A DNA stretch of 42,331 nucleotides from Actinomycetota bacterium (GCA_014894375.1 JADBLP010000035.1:1-42331), one strand, 5' to 3'. Counted from the stretch's first letter, positions 1-9,563 are shown. A program made the numbers and translations. The notes: generated by a model not told the origin, from the letters alone.

Positions 1-196
1 TCCCGGAAGATTTCACCGATGGTGACATTATTGTTAAAACAGAAGGCTGGAACTGTTGATCTTTATGCTGGCATAAATACAGGTCTGCTGCACTCTACTC
101 TTTTTCTCTTTTCTTTTTACACCCAAAATTGTTTCAATTCTTCTAAATTTTCCATTTTGCTTTCTAATCCGAATTGCCTTTCTTAAATAATTTTTA

Positions 197-226
197 TTGA
201 CAATTAATTATGTTTTAGTATATCAT
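197..226 (+). promoter_or_regulatory. sigma70-type promoter of the ROK regulator gene
   Basis: TTGACA (197-202), 18-nt spacer, TATCAT (221-226), about 60 nt upstream of the ATG at 287. Confidence 0.65.
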
Positions 227-241
227 AAGTAAAATACTTAA
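226..241. promoter_or_regulatory. candidate ROK repressor operator, copy 1
   Basis: perfect inverted repeat TAAGTA-AAA-TACTTA starting at the last base of the -10 box; near-identical copies at 1535-1550 and 1895-1910. Confidence 0.55.
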
Positions 242-286
242 TAAAGTCACTGGAAAAAGTAAGTCTACAAATAAGGGTTTAACTAA

Positions 287-1495
287 ATGCAAAGAACTGG
301 GGATTTAAAATTAATTCAAGAATTAAATAGATCTATAGTTCTTAAAACAATACAAAATTATGGTCCTATTTCTAGAAGCGAAATAGCTAAAAAGTACAAG
401 ATAAGCTCTACAACGGTGACTGCAGCAGTAAGAGAATTAATTCAACAGGGATTGGTATATGAGGATGGTATAGGAAAATCCAGCGGTGGAAGAAAACCTA
501 TTCTTGTTAAATTTTTTTCAGATAGTAAATTTATTATCGCAGTTGCTATTACTAATTCCTATATTATGATTGCTGAAACAAATTTAGAAGCAAAAATTCG
601 CGGGCAAAAAAAATTTCCTGTTCATAATCTAACAGGTAAATTATTTATCGATTATCTTATAAAGTCAGTTAATCAATTTTTAAAAGCATACCCGGATTTA
701 GCAAAATGTATTGGGATTTCCATTACCTCTCCCGGAATTATTGATGTAAACAAAGCTGTAATTTGTGAAAATACAAAGTTAAAATTAAAGAACATTCCTT
801 TAAAAGAAATGATGGAGAAACAGTTTAAACTAAAAATTTGGTTAGAAAATGATGCCAATGCTATCGTGTTAGCTGAGAAGAGATTTGGAGAATATAGAAA
901 ATTTAAAAATTTGATTTATATTACAATTGATGATGGAGTGGGAGCTGGAATTGTAGTAAATGAACATATCTTTCGAGGGTGCAGCGGTGGGACAGGAGAG
1001 TTTGGTCATACAACCATAGATAGAAATGGTATTCTTTGTGATTGTGGGAATAGAGGCTGCCTTGAAAATTATGTTAACTGGCCTGCTATCTACTCTAAGA
1101 TATTATCTTCTATAGAACAAGGAAAACACACAATGATGTTGGAATTAGCGAAAGGGGATATAAATCGAATTACATCATCTATTTTTTGTAGTGCATTGGA
1201 AAAAAATGATCAATTAGCAAAAGAAATTATAACGGATACTGCAGCGTATCTTGCAACAGGGATAGTTAATTTAGTTAATTTATTAAATCCAGATATAATT
1301 ATTTTAGGAGGAGAAGTTGCTTATGATAACCATTTTCTTATTTCTCAGGTAAAAAAATTAGTGTTTCAGCAAGCTTTAACTAATTTAACTAATAAACTGG
1401 AAATTTGTCCGATTTCTTTAGGAAAGGATTTTAGAATAATTGCTTCTGCAGCTATTCCTTTGCAAGAGATATTTCATTTTTCTATTTCTTCTTGA
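287..1495 (+). CDS. ROK family transcriptional repressor (NagC/XylR-like)
   Basis: N-terminal HTH ([10 protein letters not shown]...SSGGRKP); ROK motifs ENDANA, GVGAGI and GEFGH...[10 protein letters not shown]. Confidence 0.92.
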   Translation: MQRTGDLKLIQELNRSIVLKTIQNYGPISRSEIAKKYKISSTTVTAAVRELIQQGLVYEDGIGKSSGGRKPILVKFFSDSKFIIAVAITNSYIMIAETNLEAKIRGQKKFPVHNLTGKLFIDYLIKSVNQFLKAYPDLAKCIGISITSPGIIDVNKAVICENTKLKLKNIPLKEMMEKQFKLKIWLENDANAIVLAEKRFGEYRKFKNLIYITIDDGVGAGIVVNEHIFRGCSGGTGEFGHTTIDRNGILCDCGNRGCLENYVNWPAIYSKILSSIEQGKHTMMLELAKGDINRITSSIFCSALEKNDQLAKEIITDTAAYLATGIVNLVNLLNPDIIILGGEVAYDNHFLISQVKKLVFQQALTNLTNKLEICPISLGKDFRIIASAAIPLQEIFHFSISS

Positions 1496-1534
1496 TTTGA
1501 GGTTAAATAAATATAAAAAATAGGTAGGCGCTGC

Positions 1535-1550
1535 TTAAATATTTTACTTA
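1535..1550 (-). promoter_or_regulatory. candidate ROK repressor operator, copy 2
   Basis: reverse complement reads TAAGTAAAATATTTAA, 15/16 identical to copy 1. Confidence 0.45.
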
Positions 1551-1894
1551 CCTAATAAAAAAAATTTAAACAAAAGTATAAAAACAATTTTTTTAAGAAA
1601 CTTTTATGGTTGAGATAGTTTAGCTGTTAGAATATTTGTTTTTCAAATTAAGAGGAAAATTTAATGGTTATATGGTGAGGAGGTGAGAAAGTTAAAATAT
1701 GTATTTTGTTAAATGAAGGGAGTGATTATTATATCAAAGCAATGAAGATCTTCCTTTTGACCAGGTGAAGTAAGAAAAAATAGAAAGGAGGTTTTATGGT
1801 AAAAGAAAAATGAGATTTGTTTAAGTACTGATTAGCCACCTTAAGGTTGTACGTTAAACAAATCTCAGAAAAGATTTTATTAAAAATTGTTGTA

Positions 1895-1910
1895 TAAGTA
1901 AAATTATTAA
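1895..1910 (+). promoter_or_regulatory. candidate ROK repressor operator, copy 3
   Basis: TAAGTAAAATTATTAA, 14/16 identical to copy 1, abutting the AAAGGAG RBS of the binding-protein gene. Confidence 0.45.
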
Positions 1911-1928
1911 AAGGAGAGTGTGAAAGAA

Positions 1929-3314
1929 ATGAAAAAGTCATTATTGTGGTTGTTAATAATGCTACTGACTGTGTCTATGGTAGCAACTTTTTCACTTGCA
2001 GGATGTAAGAAAGAAGAAGTGGCTGAAGAGGAAGTAGCAGCAGAGGAGGAAGTAGCAGTAGAAGAGGAAGTAGCAGCAGAGGAGGAAGTAGCAGTAGAGG
2101 AAGAAGTAGAATTAGGACCAGAGGTAGAGTTAACTGTGCTAAACTACCTTGATATTACTTCACCTGAAGCTGCAGCCTGGGATGCTACTGTGGAAGCATT
2201 TAACGCCAAATATCCTAATATAACACTGACAATTGAAAATAGTTTTGGCGAGGCATACCATCAGAAACTTGCTGCGCTGGCTGGTGCAGGAGATTTGCCT
2301 GATGTTATGTATCTGTGGCCAAGTGGACGAAGCGCTGAAATTTATGAAAATGAGCTTACTGAAGATCTGTATCCATTTCTAGGCGCAGATATAGACAAAT
2401 TTGTTCCTGCTGCTGTTGCTCCCCAATGGGATGGTAAACTTTATGAGCTTCCTATTGGAATCACCGCATGCCATGTGATGTATGTTAATACCAAAATATT
2501 AAACGATCTCGGTCTTAGCATGCCTACTACATATGAGGAACTTGTTGCAATGGTAGAACCCATAACAGCAGCTGGCCTTTATCCTATCTTGATGGCTAAT
2601 AAAGCTGCCTGGGTTATGGAGTCATGTCTGTTCAGCACCCTGGTAGGAAGGATATGCGGACAAGAATGGCTGGATGCAGCAATTGCAGGAGATGCTTCTT
2701 TTACCGATCAGGAGTTTGTTGATTCTCTTGCACTTGTAAAAGATCTGTATGATACTGGTTTACTTCCACCTCAAAGCCTTCAGTTAGAGTACGGAGATAG
2801 TGCAAACCTGTTTGCAACTGGAAGAAGTCCGTTTATGATTGACGGAGATTGGCGAGTAGGTGCAGTAGCCCCTCTTTTAACTGAAGAGGCACAGGCAGAT
2901 TTCGAACTTGCTGTATTTCCTGATATTGCAGGTCAAAAAGGCGAGTCCGGTTCCACCTCTACTGTAGTAGCAACTGGTTTTGGTATGAAAGCAGGCCTTA
3001 CAGGGGATAAAGCTGATGCTGCATGGAAATGGATTTCCTTCTTTGCAGGACCTGAAGCATCAGAAATAAGATTAATTGAACAGGGAATGATACCTGTTTA
3101 TATTATGGATATTTCGGCTTATGACATAGCGCCACTTGCAGTAAAAAGAGGAGCTTTTTATCCTGAACACAGCGGTACAGCTGTACTTGATGCTGTTATT
3201 ACTGGTGAACCAATCAATATAATAAATAACGGTCTCCAGGAATTAGCATTAGGCAATACTACACCTGAAAAACTGGCTGCAGATATAGAAGCTGCAATGA
3301 AATTAGTTCGATAA
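1929..3314 (+). CDS. carbohydrate ABC transporter substrate-binding lipoprotein (CUT1/SBP_bac_1 type)
   Basis: signal peptide with lipobox LAGC, acidic linker, GDLPDV, YELP and FATGRSPFMIDGDW motifs; ATG 1929 preferred over GTG 1920. Confidence 0.9.
   Translation: MKKSLLWLLIMLLTVSMVATFSLAGCKKEEVAEEEVAAEEEVAVEEEVAAEEEVAVEEEVELGPEVELTVLNYLDITSPEAAAWDATVEAFNAKYPNITLTIENSFGEAYHQKLAALAGAGDLPDVMYLWPSGRSAEIYENELTEDLYPFLGADIDKFVPAAVAPQWDGKLYELPIGITACHVMYVNTKILNDLGLSMPTTYEELVAMVEPITAAGLYPILMANKAAWVMESCLFSTLVGRICGQEWLDAAIAGDASFTDQEFVDSLALVKDLYDTGLLPPQSLQLEYGDSANLFATGRSPFMIDGDWRVGAVAPLLTEEAQADFELAVFPDIAGQKGESGSTSTVVATGFGMKAGLTGDKADAAWKWISFFAGPEASEIRLIEQGMIPVYIMDISAYDIAPLAVKRGAFYPEHSGTAVLDAVITGEPINIINNGLQELALGNTTPEKLAADIEAAMKLVR
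2025..2108 (+). repeat. 18-bp coding tandem repeat (EEEVA[A/V]) x ~4.7
   Basis: GARGAGGAAGTAGCAGYA units with alternating GCA/GTA ends, giving a 36-bp super-period. Confidence 0.9.
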
Positions 3315-3341
3315 GGTTCGATAAGATGACAAAATAACCAA

Positions 3342-3374
3342 TAATGGGCACTACTGTATCCTCGGTGCCCATTA
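3342..3374 (+). terminator. intercistronic stem-loop after the binding-protein gene (mRNA stabiliser or weak terminator)
   Basis: perfect 10-bp stem TAATGGGCAC/GTGCCCATTA with a 13-nt loop; no U-tract. Confidence 0.6.
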
Positions 3375-3401
3375 AATATATTAGAGGGATAGAATATAAA
3401 A

Positions 3402-4289
3402 ATGGTAAAATTCAAAAGGGTATCAATTTATATGATCTTTGTTTTGCCGGCATTGGCTGTTTATCTGGCAGTAATCGCATTTCCGATAATATCATCTGTG
3501 GGCTTGAGTTTTACAGATTATAATATTTATAAAAACCTGGCTATATGGACAGGGTTGGTAAACTATATAAAAATATTCAAAGATCCAGTTTTTTGGTTCT
3601 CAATGAGGAATAATTTTTTTGTTATCTTCGTATCTGTTTTTGGTCAAATACCACTCGGGTTTGGACTGGCATACCTTATATATAGAAAGCTTATAAAACG
3701 TTCAGGTTTTTTCCAGGCTATGGTTTTTCTCCCAACTGTTATTTCCACTATCATTATAGGAATTCTCTGGTCAAAAATGTTTTCTCCGATTGGAGTTGTA
3801 ACAAAGATTATTCAAGTTATTACTAATAATCCTAATTATTCAATGACTATAATGAACAGCAAACAACTGGCAATGATCCCCATTGGGTTTGTTCTTCTCT
3901 GGGTGTATACAGGAACTTACTTGATTATTTTTTTGGCCAATCTGCAGAATATTGATCCGAATATCATTGAAGCTGCTCAAATAGACGGAGCAACAGATGG
4001 CCAAATTTTTAGAAAAATTATTGTACCTCAACTTTATGGCGTGATAGTATTAACCTCGATTTTAGCCATATCGGGTAGTTTGAAGAGTTTTGATTTACTT
4101 TTTGCTATGACTGGTGGCGGACCTGCCTATTATACAAATTTGTTATCAATTTATATGTATAACCAATCTTTTATATTTCATAATTATGGTGTAGGATCTG
4201 CTGTTTCTACGGTTATGGTTTTCTTATCAATTGCCTTAGTGATCCTGGTACGTTTTATAAGAAGAAAAGTTGAAACTATGGAGGCGTAA
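3402..4289 (+). CDS. carbohydrate ABC transporter permease (MalF/UgpA-like)
   Basis: multiple TM helices; EAA motif EAAQIDGA; TGGGP. Confidence 0.92.
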   Translation: MVKFKRVSIYMIFVLPALAVYLAVIAFPIISSVGLSFTDYNIYKNLAIWTGLVNYIKIFKDPVFWFSMRNNFFVIFVSVFGQIPLGFGLAYLIYRKLIKRSGFFQAMVFLPTVISTIIIGILWSKMFSPIGVVTKIIQVITNNPNYSMTIMNSKQLAMIPIGFVLLWVYTGTYLIIFLANLQNIDPNIIEAAQIDGATDGQIFRKIIVPQLYGVIVLTSILAISGSLKSFDLLFAMTGGGPAYYTNLLSIYMYNQSFIFHNYGVGSAVSTVMVFLSIALVILVRFIRRKVETMEA

Positions 4290-4292
4290 ACT

Positions 4293-5150
4293 GTGCACGA
4301 GGATGCTTTAAATACAAGAAAAGAACGGGATATTTTTAACAAGTTGTTAGTTTATATCGTTTTCATAATATTTGCGATACTTACTATTTGTCCTTTGATC
4401 TGGCTTTTTTATTCTTCATTTAAACCACAACTTGAAATTATCAGGAATAGTTTCGCTTTACCGAGAGACTGGATATTTGGCAATTATCTCCAGGCAATAA
4501 TAAAAGGAAAATTAAATTTATATGCGATAAACAGTATAATTTATACATTTGTTTCTACAGGGTTGGTCATTTTCTTTTCCATGATGGCTTCTTTTGCATT
4601 TGCTAAAATAAAAAATAGAGCAACTCCATTTTTATATAATTCGTTTTTAATAGGTTTACTTATTACCATACAGGCTATTTTGATTCCACTTTTTATTTCT
4701 ATGACACGGATTGGACTTAGGGACACCCGCACCGGGATAATACTTATTTATGTAGCCATTAATCTGCCTCTGGCGGTTTATTTAGGGACAGAATTTGTAA
4801 AAGCAATACCGGATTCCTTGATTGAATCGGCGCAGATTGATGGTGCTTCTTATTTTAGAATTTTTTTTAATATCATTATGCCCATGTGCAAACCGGTTAT
4901 CGTAACTATTTTTATTTTTACTGCTCTGACCTGCTGGAACGAATTTATGCTTGCCCTTGTCTTTACCAGTTCTGACTCGTCAAGAAGCCTTCCTGTAGGC
5001 ATTTATTCTTTTTCTGGTCCTCTTGCAACTGAGTATGGGATGCAGTTTGCGGCTCTGGTTATTGGAATGACGCCAATGATTTTACTATATGCGATATTTC
5101 ATAAGCAGATAACTCGTGGATTTACAGCTGGAGGGGCAATAAAGGGATAG
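4293..5150 (+). CDS. carbohydrate ABC transporter permease (MalG/UgpE-like)
   Basis: IPDSLIESAQIDGAS, WNEF and C-terminal GAIKG. Confidence 0.92.
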   Translation: MHEDALNTRKERDIFNKLLVYIVFIIFAILTICPLIWLFYSSFKPQLEIIRNSFALPRDWIFGNYLQAIIKGKLNLYAINSIIYTFVSTGLVIFFSMMASFAFAKIKNRATPFLYNSFLIGLLITIQAILIPLFISMTRIGLRDTRTGIILIYVAINLPLAVYLGTEFVKAIPDSLIESAQIDGASYFRIFFNIIMPMCKPVIVTIFIFTALTCWNEFMLALVFTSSDSSRSLPVGIYSFSGPLATEYGMQFAALVIGMTPMILLYAIFHKQITRGFTAGGAIKG

Positions 5151-5264
5151 TTATTTCTCTTTGTAATGTTAGGGATAATGTAAATAATCTTTTAAAGTAA
5201 ACTAGCGGGATAATTATTGAAAAATTTTATATAAATTAAAGGTAAGGATAAAAGTAAATTAAAT

Positions 5265-6854
5265 ATGGATAAAATAATTCTAAGAAAGATACTATCCGGT
5301 ATGACTCTTGAAGAAAAGATAGGACAGATGTTTCAGGTGGGTTTTACCGGTATAAAAATTACTTCTGATATAAAAGAGATGATAGAGAATTATCATGCAG
5401 GAGGGATAATATATTTTAGGCGTAATATAAAATCACTTCAACAGGTATCCGTTCTTTCTAATGAGTTGCAGAGATTGTCGGCAAATAAGAGATCTTATTT
5501 GCCATTGATAATATCTACTGACCAGGAAGGCGGAATGGTCAACCGTCTGGTAGGAGGGACTCATTTCCCGGGAAATATGGTAATAGGGGCAGCAAAGAAA
5601 AGCCGCCTGGCTGAAAGAGCCGGCAGGGCAATTGCAGGTGAGTTAAAAGCTGTGGGGATTAATATGAATTTTGCTCCTGTTCTGGATATCAGTAATAATC
5701 CATTAAATCTGGTAATAGGAACAAGGTCTTTTGGTGGAGACCCTCTTTTGGTAGCTGATCTAGGTGTTGCTTTCATTAAAGGAACGCAGGAAGAAGGAGT
5801 TATTGCCTGTGCCAAGCATTTTCCGGGGCATGGGGATACATCTATTGATTCACATTTAGACCTTCCTGTTATTGAATGTAGAAGGGAATGCCTGGAAAAG
5901 GTAGAGATTTATCCTTTCAAGGCAGCAATAAAGGCAGGAGTAGATAGTATTATGGCTGCTCATATTTGTGTACCGGCTCTGGAATCAAGGAAGGGAATAC
6001 CTGCGACCCTATCATATAGTATTTTAACTGATTTATTGAGAGGGGAGCTAGGATATACAGGTGTAGTCATCACTGATTGTATGGAGATGAAAGCTATTGC
6101 CGATACTTTTGGGGTGGTAGAGGGATCAATTATGGCCATTGAAGCAGGTAGTGATATAGTTCTGGTATCTCACAGTTTAGATAAACAAAAAGCGGCTATA
6201 GAAGCGGTAGCTAAAGCATTAAAGGCCGGGAGAATTACTGAAAAACGTATTAACCAGTCTGTATTGAGGATACTTAGACTGAAGGAAAAAAGAATTGGGC
6301 TGGAGAGCCCACTGGTTTCTGATTATAGAAAGATAAATAAAAAAACAGAAGAAGAAATTGCATACGAGATCTCAAAAGCGGGGGTAACATTAGTTAAAGA
6401 TGAAGATAATTTAATTCCTATTAATAAATCCATTTATAAAAAAATATTAGTTGTAAGTTTTCCTATAAAAAAAATATCCCTGGCAGAGGATGATATAGAA
6501 GATAATGATTTACTGTTAAGTTTTTTAAGAAAAGAAGGAATAAAAGTTGAGCATCACAATCTCTTTGAGGGTAATAGTGAGATGTCTTTACCAAAAGGAA
6601 TTGGCCTGGTTATTGTTTGTGCTTATGGTGCTGCTCATAATACTTATCAGGTTAAGATAGTTAAAAAACTACTGGCTAACGGTATACCACTTATAGTTAT
6701 ATCCAGTAACCCTTATGATCTTCAGGTTTTACCTGGGATAACTACATTTTTAGTGATTTATGACTATAGTCCTTTTAATTTAAGGGTTGCTGGTGAAATA
6801 ATAATCGGTAAATACAAAGCAAATGGGACTCTGCCTGTAACTTTGAGAATTTAA
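5265..6854 (+). CDS. nagZ: GH3 beta-N-acetylhexosaminidase, two-domain, no signal peptide
   Basis: DQEGG, NagZ signature KHFPGHGDTSIDSH, nucleophile region TDCMEM. Confidence 0.88.
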   Translation: MDKIILRKILSGMTLEEKIGQMFQVGFTGIKITSDIKEMIENYHAGGIIYFRRNIKSLQQVSVLSNELQRLSANKRSYLPLIISTDQEGGMVNRLVGGTHFPGNMVIGAAKKSRLAERAGRAIAGELKAVGINMNFAPVLDISNNPLNLVIGTRSFGGDPLLVADLGVAFIKGTQEEGVIACAKHFPGHGDTSIDSHLDLPVIECRRECLEKVEIYPFKAAIKAGVDSIMAAHICVPALESRKGIPATLSYSILTDLLRGELGYTGVVITDCMEMKAIADTFGVVEGSIMAIEAGSDIVLVSHSLDKQKAAIEAVAKALKAGRITEKRINQSVLRILRLKEKRIGLESPLVSDYRKINKKTEEEIAYEISKAGVTLVKDEDNLIPINKSIYKKILVVSFPIKKISLAEDDIEDNDLLLSFLRKEGIKVEHHNLFEGNSEMSLPKGIGLVIVCAYGAAHNTYQVKIVKKLLANGIPLIVISSNPYDLQVLPGITTFLVIYDYSPFNLRVAGEIIIGKYKANGTLPVTLRI

Positions 6855-6909
6855 AAAGTTAACTTAAAAGATATTTTGTTAAATTATTATAGAAAGATGG
6901 TGAAGTATT

Positions 6910-8313
6910 ATGAGTGAAAAATTATTATCGCTGGTAAAACCAAAAGTACCTTTACCACTTGATGATAATTTCAAGCCTGCTATTTTATGGAATCATAGTT
7001 TTTTTAATAGTGTTACCAGTTCAAATAAAAGTGTTCCTCTAACAGTTGGTATTGGAAAAGAGGATAATTCTATTTTAGTCTACAGGACTCAGATTTTTTC
7101 AGATGAATCTGACTTTGCTTTCTCTAATTATTTTTATACAGAACAATTAATAAAAACGCTCTTATGGATTTATGGTGGATATAAAATAATTATAAGTGGT
7201 TCAAAACAAGTTGGTGAATATATTAAAAAAATATATTCTAAGGAAGGCAAGCGTTCTTTTGATGCAAACTTTATGTCTGCAATATATGAAAAACCTTTTA
7301 CGGTAGAGATTACTGATACCGAAAAAATCTCTCCTGCCGAAGAAAAGTCAATTCCGTTAGGCGGTCATCTAGAGGGGTGCCGTATTGGGTTTGATCTTGG
7401 GGCAAGTGATAGGAAAGTGAGTGCAGTTATAGATGGTAAAGCAGTTTTTAGTGAGGAAGTAGTATGGAACCCGGGTGCACAAAACGATCCCTCTTATCAT
7501 TATCATGAAATTATGTCTATGCTGCAGCGTGCTGCTGCCCATATGCCTCGTGTTCATGCTATAGGGGGAAGCTCTGCAGGAATCTATATAAATAACCGGG
7601 TGATGAGAGCTTCAATATTCCGTGGAATTCCTCCTGATCTTTTTGAAAAAAAAGTAAAAAATATTTTTTTAGATATTCAAAAAGTGTGGGGTGTTCCTTT
7701 CAAGGTGATAAATGATGGGGAAGTTGCAGCCCTGGCTGGTTCTATGTCTTTGAAAACAAATGCAGTACTGGGTATTGCTATGGGATCCAGTGAAGCGGGG
7801 GGTTATATAAATAGAAAAGGAAATATTAATCCCTGGTTAAATGAGCTGGCTTTCGTACCTGTTGATTTCAACACAGAAGCACCTGTTGACGAGTGGTCAG
7901 GTGACCGGGGGTGCGGAGTCCAATATTTCTCACAGGTGGCAGCTATACGGCTTGCCGAAGGAGCAGGGATTATTCTTGATGAGAAACAAACTCCTGCTGA
8001 GAAATTAAAATCTATTCAGGAACTGGTGGTCAAAGGGGATGACCGGGCAAGAAAGGTCTTTGAAACAATTGGTTACTATTTAGGTTATGGTGTTGCTCAT
8101 TATGCTGATTTTTATGAAATAGAAACTGTTTTGATCTTAGGCCGGGTTACCTCCGGGGAAGGTGGTAAAATAATTCTACAAAAAGCAAACCAGGTACTAA
8201 GCGAAGAATTTCCAGAGCTTTCCAGTAAGATTACTCTTAATCTTCCCGATGAATCCAGCAGGAGAGTAGGTCAATCCATTGCTGCGGCCAGTCTGCCTTT
8301 ATTAGATGAATAA
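6910..8313 (+). CDS. atypical long ROK/ASKHA-family protein, probable sugar (GlcNAc) kinase
   Basis: GFDLGASDRK phosphate-1 loop, NDGEVAALAG, GIAMGSSEAGGY; no HTH and no CxCGxxGCLE motif; about 150-aa extra N-terminal domain. Confidence 0.7.
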   Translation: MSEKLLSLVKPKVPLPLDDNFKPAILWNHSFFNSVTSSNKSVPLTVGIGKEDNSILVYRTQIFSDESDFAFSNYFYTEQLIKTLLWIYGGYKIIISGSKQVGEYIKKIYSKEGKRSFDANFMSAIYEKPFTVEITDTEKISPAEEKSIPLGGHLEGCRIGFDLGASDRKVSAVIDGKAVFSEEVVWNPGAQNDPSYHYHEIMSMLQRAAAHMPRVHAIGGSSAGIYINNRVMRASIFRGIPPDLFEKKVKNIFLDIQKVWGVPFKVINDGEVAALAGSMSLKTNAVLGIAMGSSEAGGYINRKGNINPWLNELAFVPVDFNTEAPVDEWSGDRGCGVQYFSQVAAIRLAEGAGIILDEKQTPAEKLKSIQELVVKGDDRARKVFETIGYYLGYGVAHYADFYEIETVLILGRVTSGEGGKIILQKANQVLSEEFPELSSKITLNLPDESSRRVGQSIAAASLPLLDE

Positions 8314-8369
8314 GGGCATAAAATATAATAAATTTGTTAAATTATTTAAATAACAAGGGGATTGATGAA

Positions 8370-9563
8370 ATGATTGATAAAAATAAAAATATTATTATTT
8401 CAAATGGTACTATAATTACCCCTTTTCAATTACTCGAAGGTAAAGTTATTTTTATCCAGAACGGAAAAATTACAGCAATAGAGAACAGAAAAAATATAAA
8501 TGCTCCGGGGGAGACAGAAGATATTGATGCCGGGGATGGATTTGTAGTCCCGGGTTTTATTGATATGCATGTGCATGGCGGCGGCGGATCCGATATTATG
8601 GATGGGAAATACGAAGCTGTAAAGCAGGTAGCTGCAACCCATTCCCGTTTCGGTACCACAGCCTTTCTTCCAACTACTATGACTATGAGTAAAGATAAAA
8701 TTATTGGGAGTCTTAAAAGTATTCATGAGGCGTTTACAAAAGGAACCGGGGCTGCTGAAATTTTAGGGGTACATCTGGAAGGCCCCTATATCAGTTCAGA
8801 AAAAAAGGGAGCTCAAAAAGAAAAAGATATAAAAAAAGCTTCTATTGAAGAGTTTTTAGAATTCAATCAGGCTTCTGGCAACTTAATCCGCCTGGTGACC
8901 ATAGCACCGGAAATGCCTGGAGCAATAGATTTTATCCGCTGGTTGTATAAACAGGGAATTATTGCTTCGGTAGGGCATTCTAATGCAACTTATAAGCAAG
9001 TAAAAGAAGGTATCAAAGCTGGACTGACCCATGTTACCCATACTTTTAATGCTATGAGAGGATTGGATCACCGTGAGCCGGGCGTAGTAGGAGCAGCTTT
9101 ATCTTCCCCAGAATTAATAGTGGAGATAATTGCTGATGGAATACATCTACACCCTGTGGCTATGAAGATTTTAACTCAGGTTAAAGAAACAGAAAAAATA
9201 GTTCTTATTACAGATGCCATGAGGGCGGCAAGCAAACCGGAAGGTACTTACAATCTTGGAGGTCAAGAGGTTACAGTAGTCAATGGACAAGCCCGGTTAA
9301 AAGACGGGACTTTAGCCGGCAGTGTTTTAACTATGAACAAAGCTGTATGTAATATGGTAGATAAAGTTGGAGTCTCATTGACGGAAGCAATCCAAATGGC
9401 AACCATTAATCCCGCGAGGTGCTTGGGAGTTGAAAGTAAAAAAGGGAGTCTGGAACCAGGTAAGGACGCTGATATAGTAATTTTAAATAAGAAGTTAAAA
9501 GTTGAGCTTACTATGGTAAAAGGCAGGGTAGTTTACAGAAGAGAAGCGCTCAAGAATTTGTAA
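8370..9563 (+). CDS. nagA: N-acetylglucosamine-6-phosphate deacetylase
   Basis: PGFIDMHVHG, HLEGP, THTFNAM, ADGIH, ITDAM, LAGS; ATG 8370 preferred over TTG 8334. Confidence 0.95.
   Translation: MIDKNKNIIISNGTIITPFQLLEGKVIFIQNGKITAIENRKNINAPGETEDIDAGDGFVVPGFIDMHVHGGGGSDIMDGKYEAVKQVAATHSRFGTTAFLPTTMTMSKDKIIGSLKSIHEAFTKGTGAAEILGVHLEGPYISSEKKGAQKEKDIKKASIEEFLEFNQASGNLIRLVTIAPEMPGAIDFIRWLYKQGIIASVGHSNATYKQVKEGIKAGLTHVTHTFNAMRGLDHREPGVVGAALSSPELIVEIIADGIHLHPVAMKILTQVKETEKIVLITDAMRAASKPEGTYNLGGQEVTVVNGQARLKDGTLAGSVLTMNKAVCNMVDKVGVSLTEAIQMATINPARCLGVESKKGSLEPGKDADIVILNKKLKVELTMVKGRVVYRREALKNL

Noticed and set aside
1-160. Possible gene tail at the window edge (frame 3 PEDFTDGDIIVKTEGWNC*)
   Set aside because: Too short, with no recognisable motif on either strand.
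1521-1554. Imperfect TAGGTAGG...CTTACCTA hairpin after the ROK gene as a terminator
   Set aside because: Long loop, no U-tract on the + strand, and it overlaps the candidate operator.
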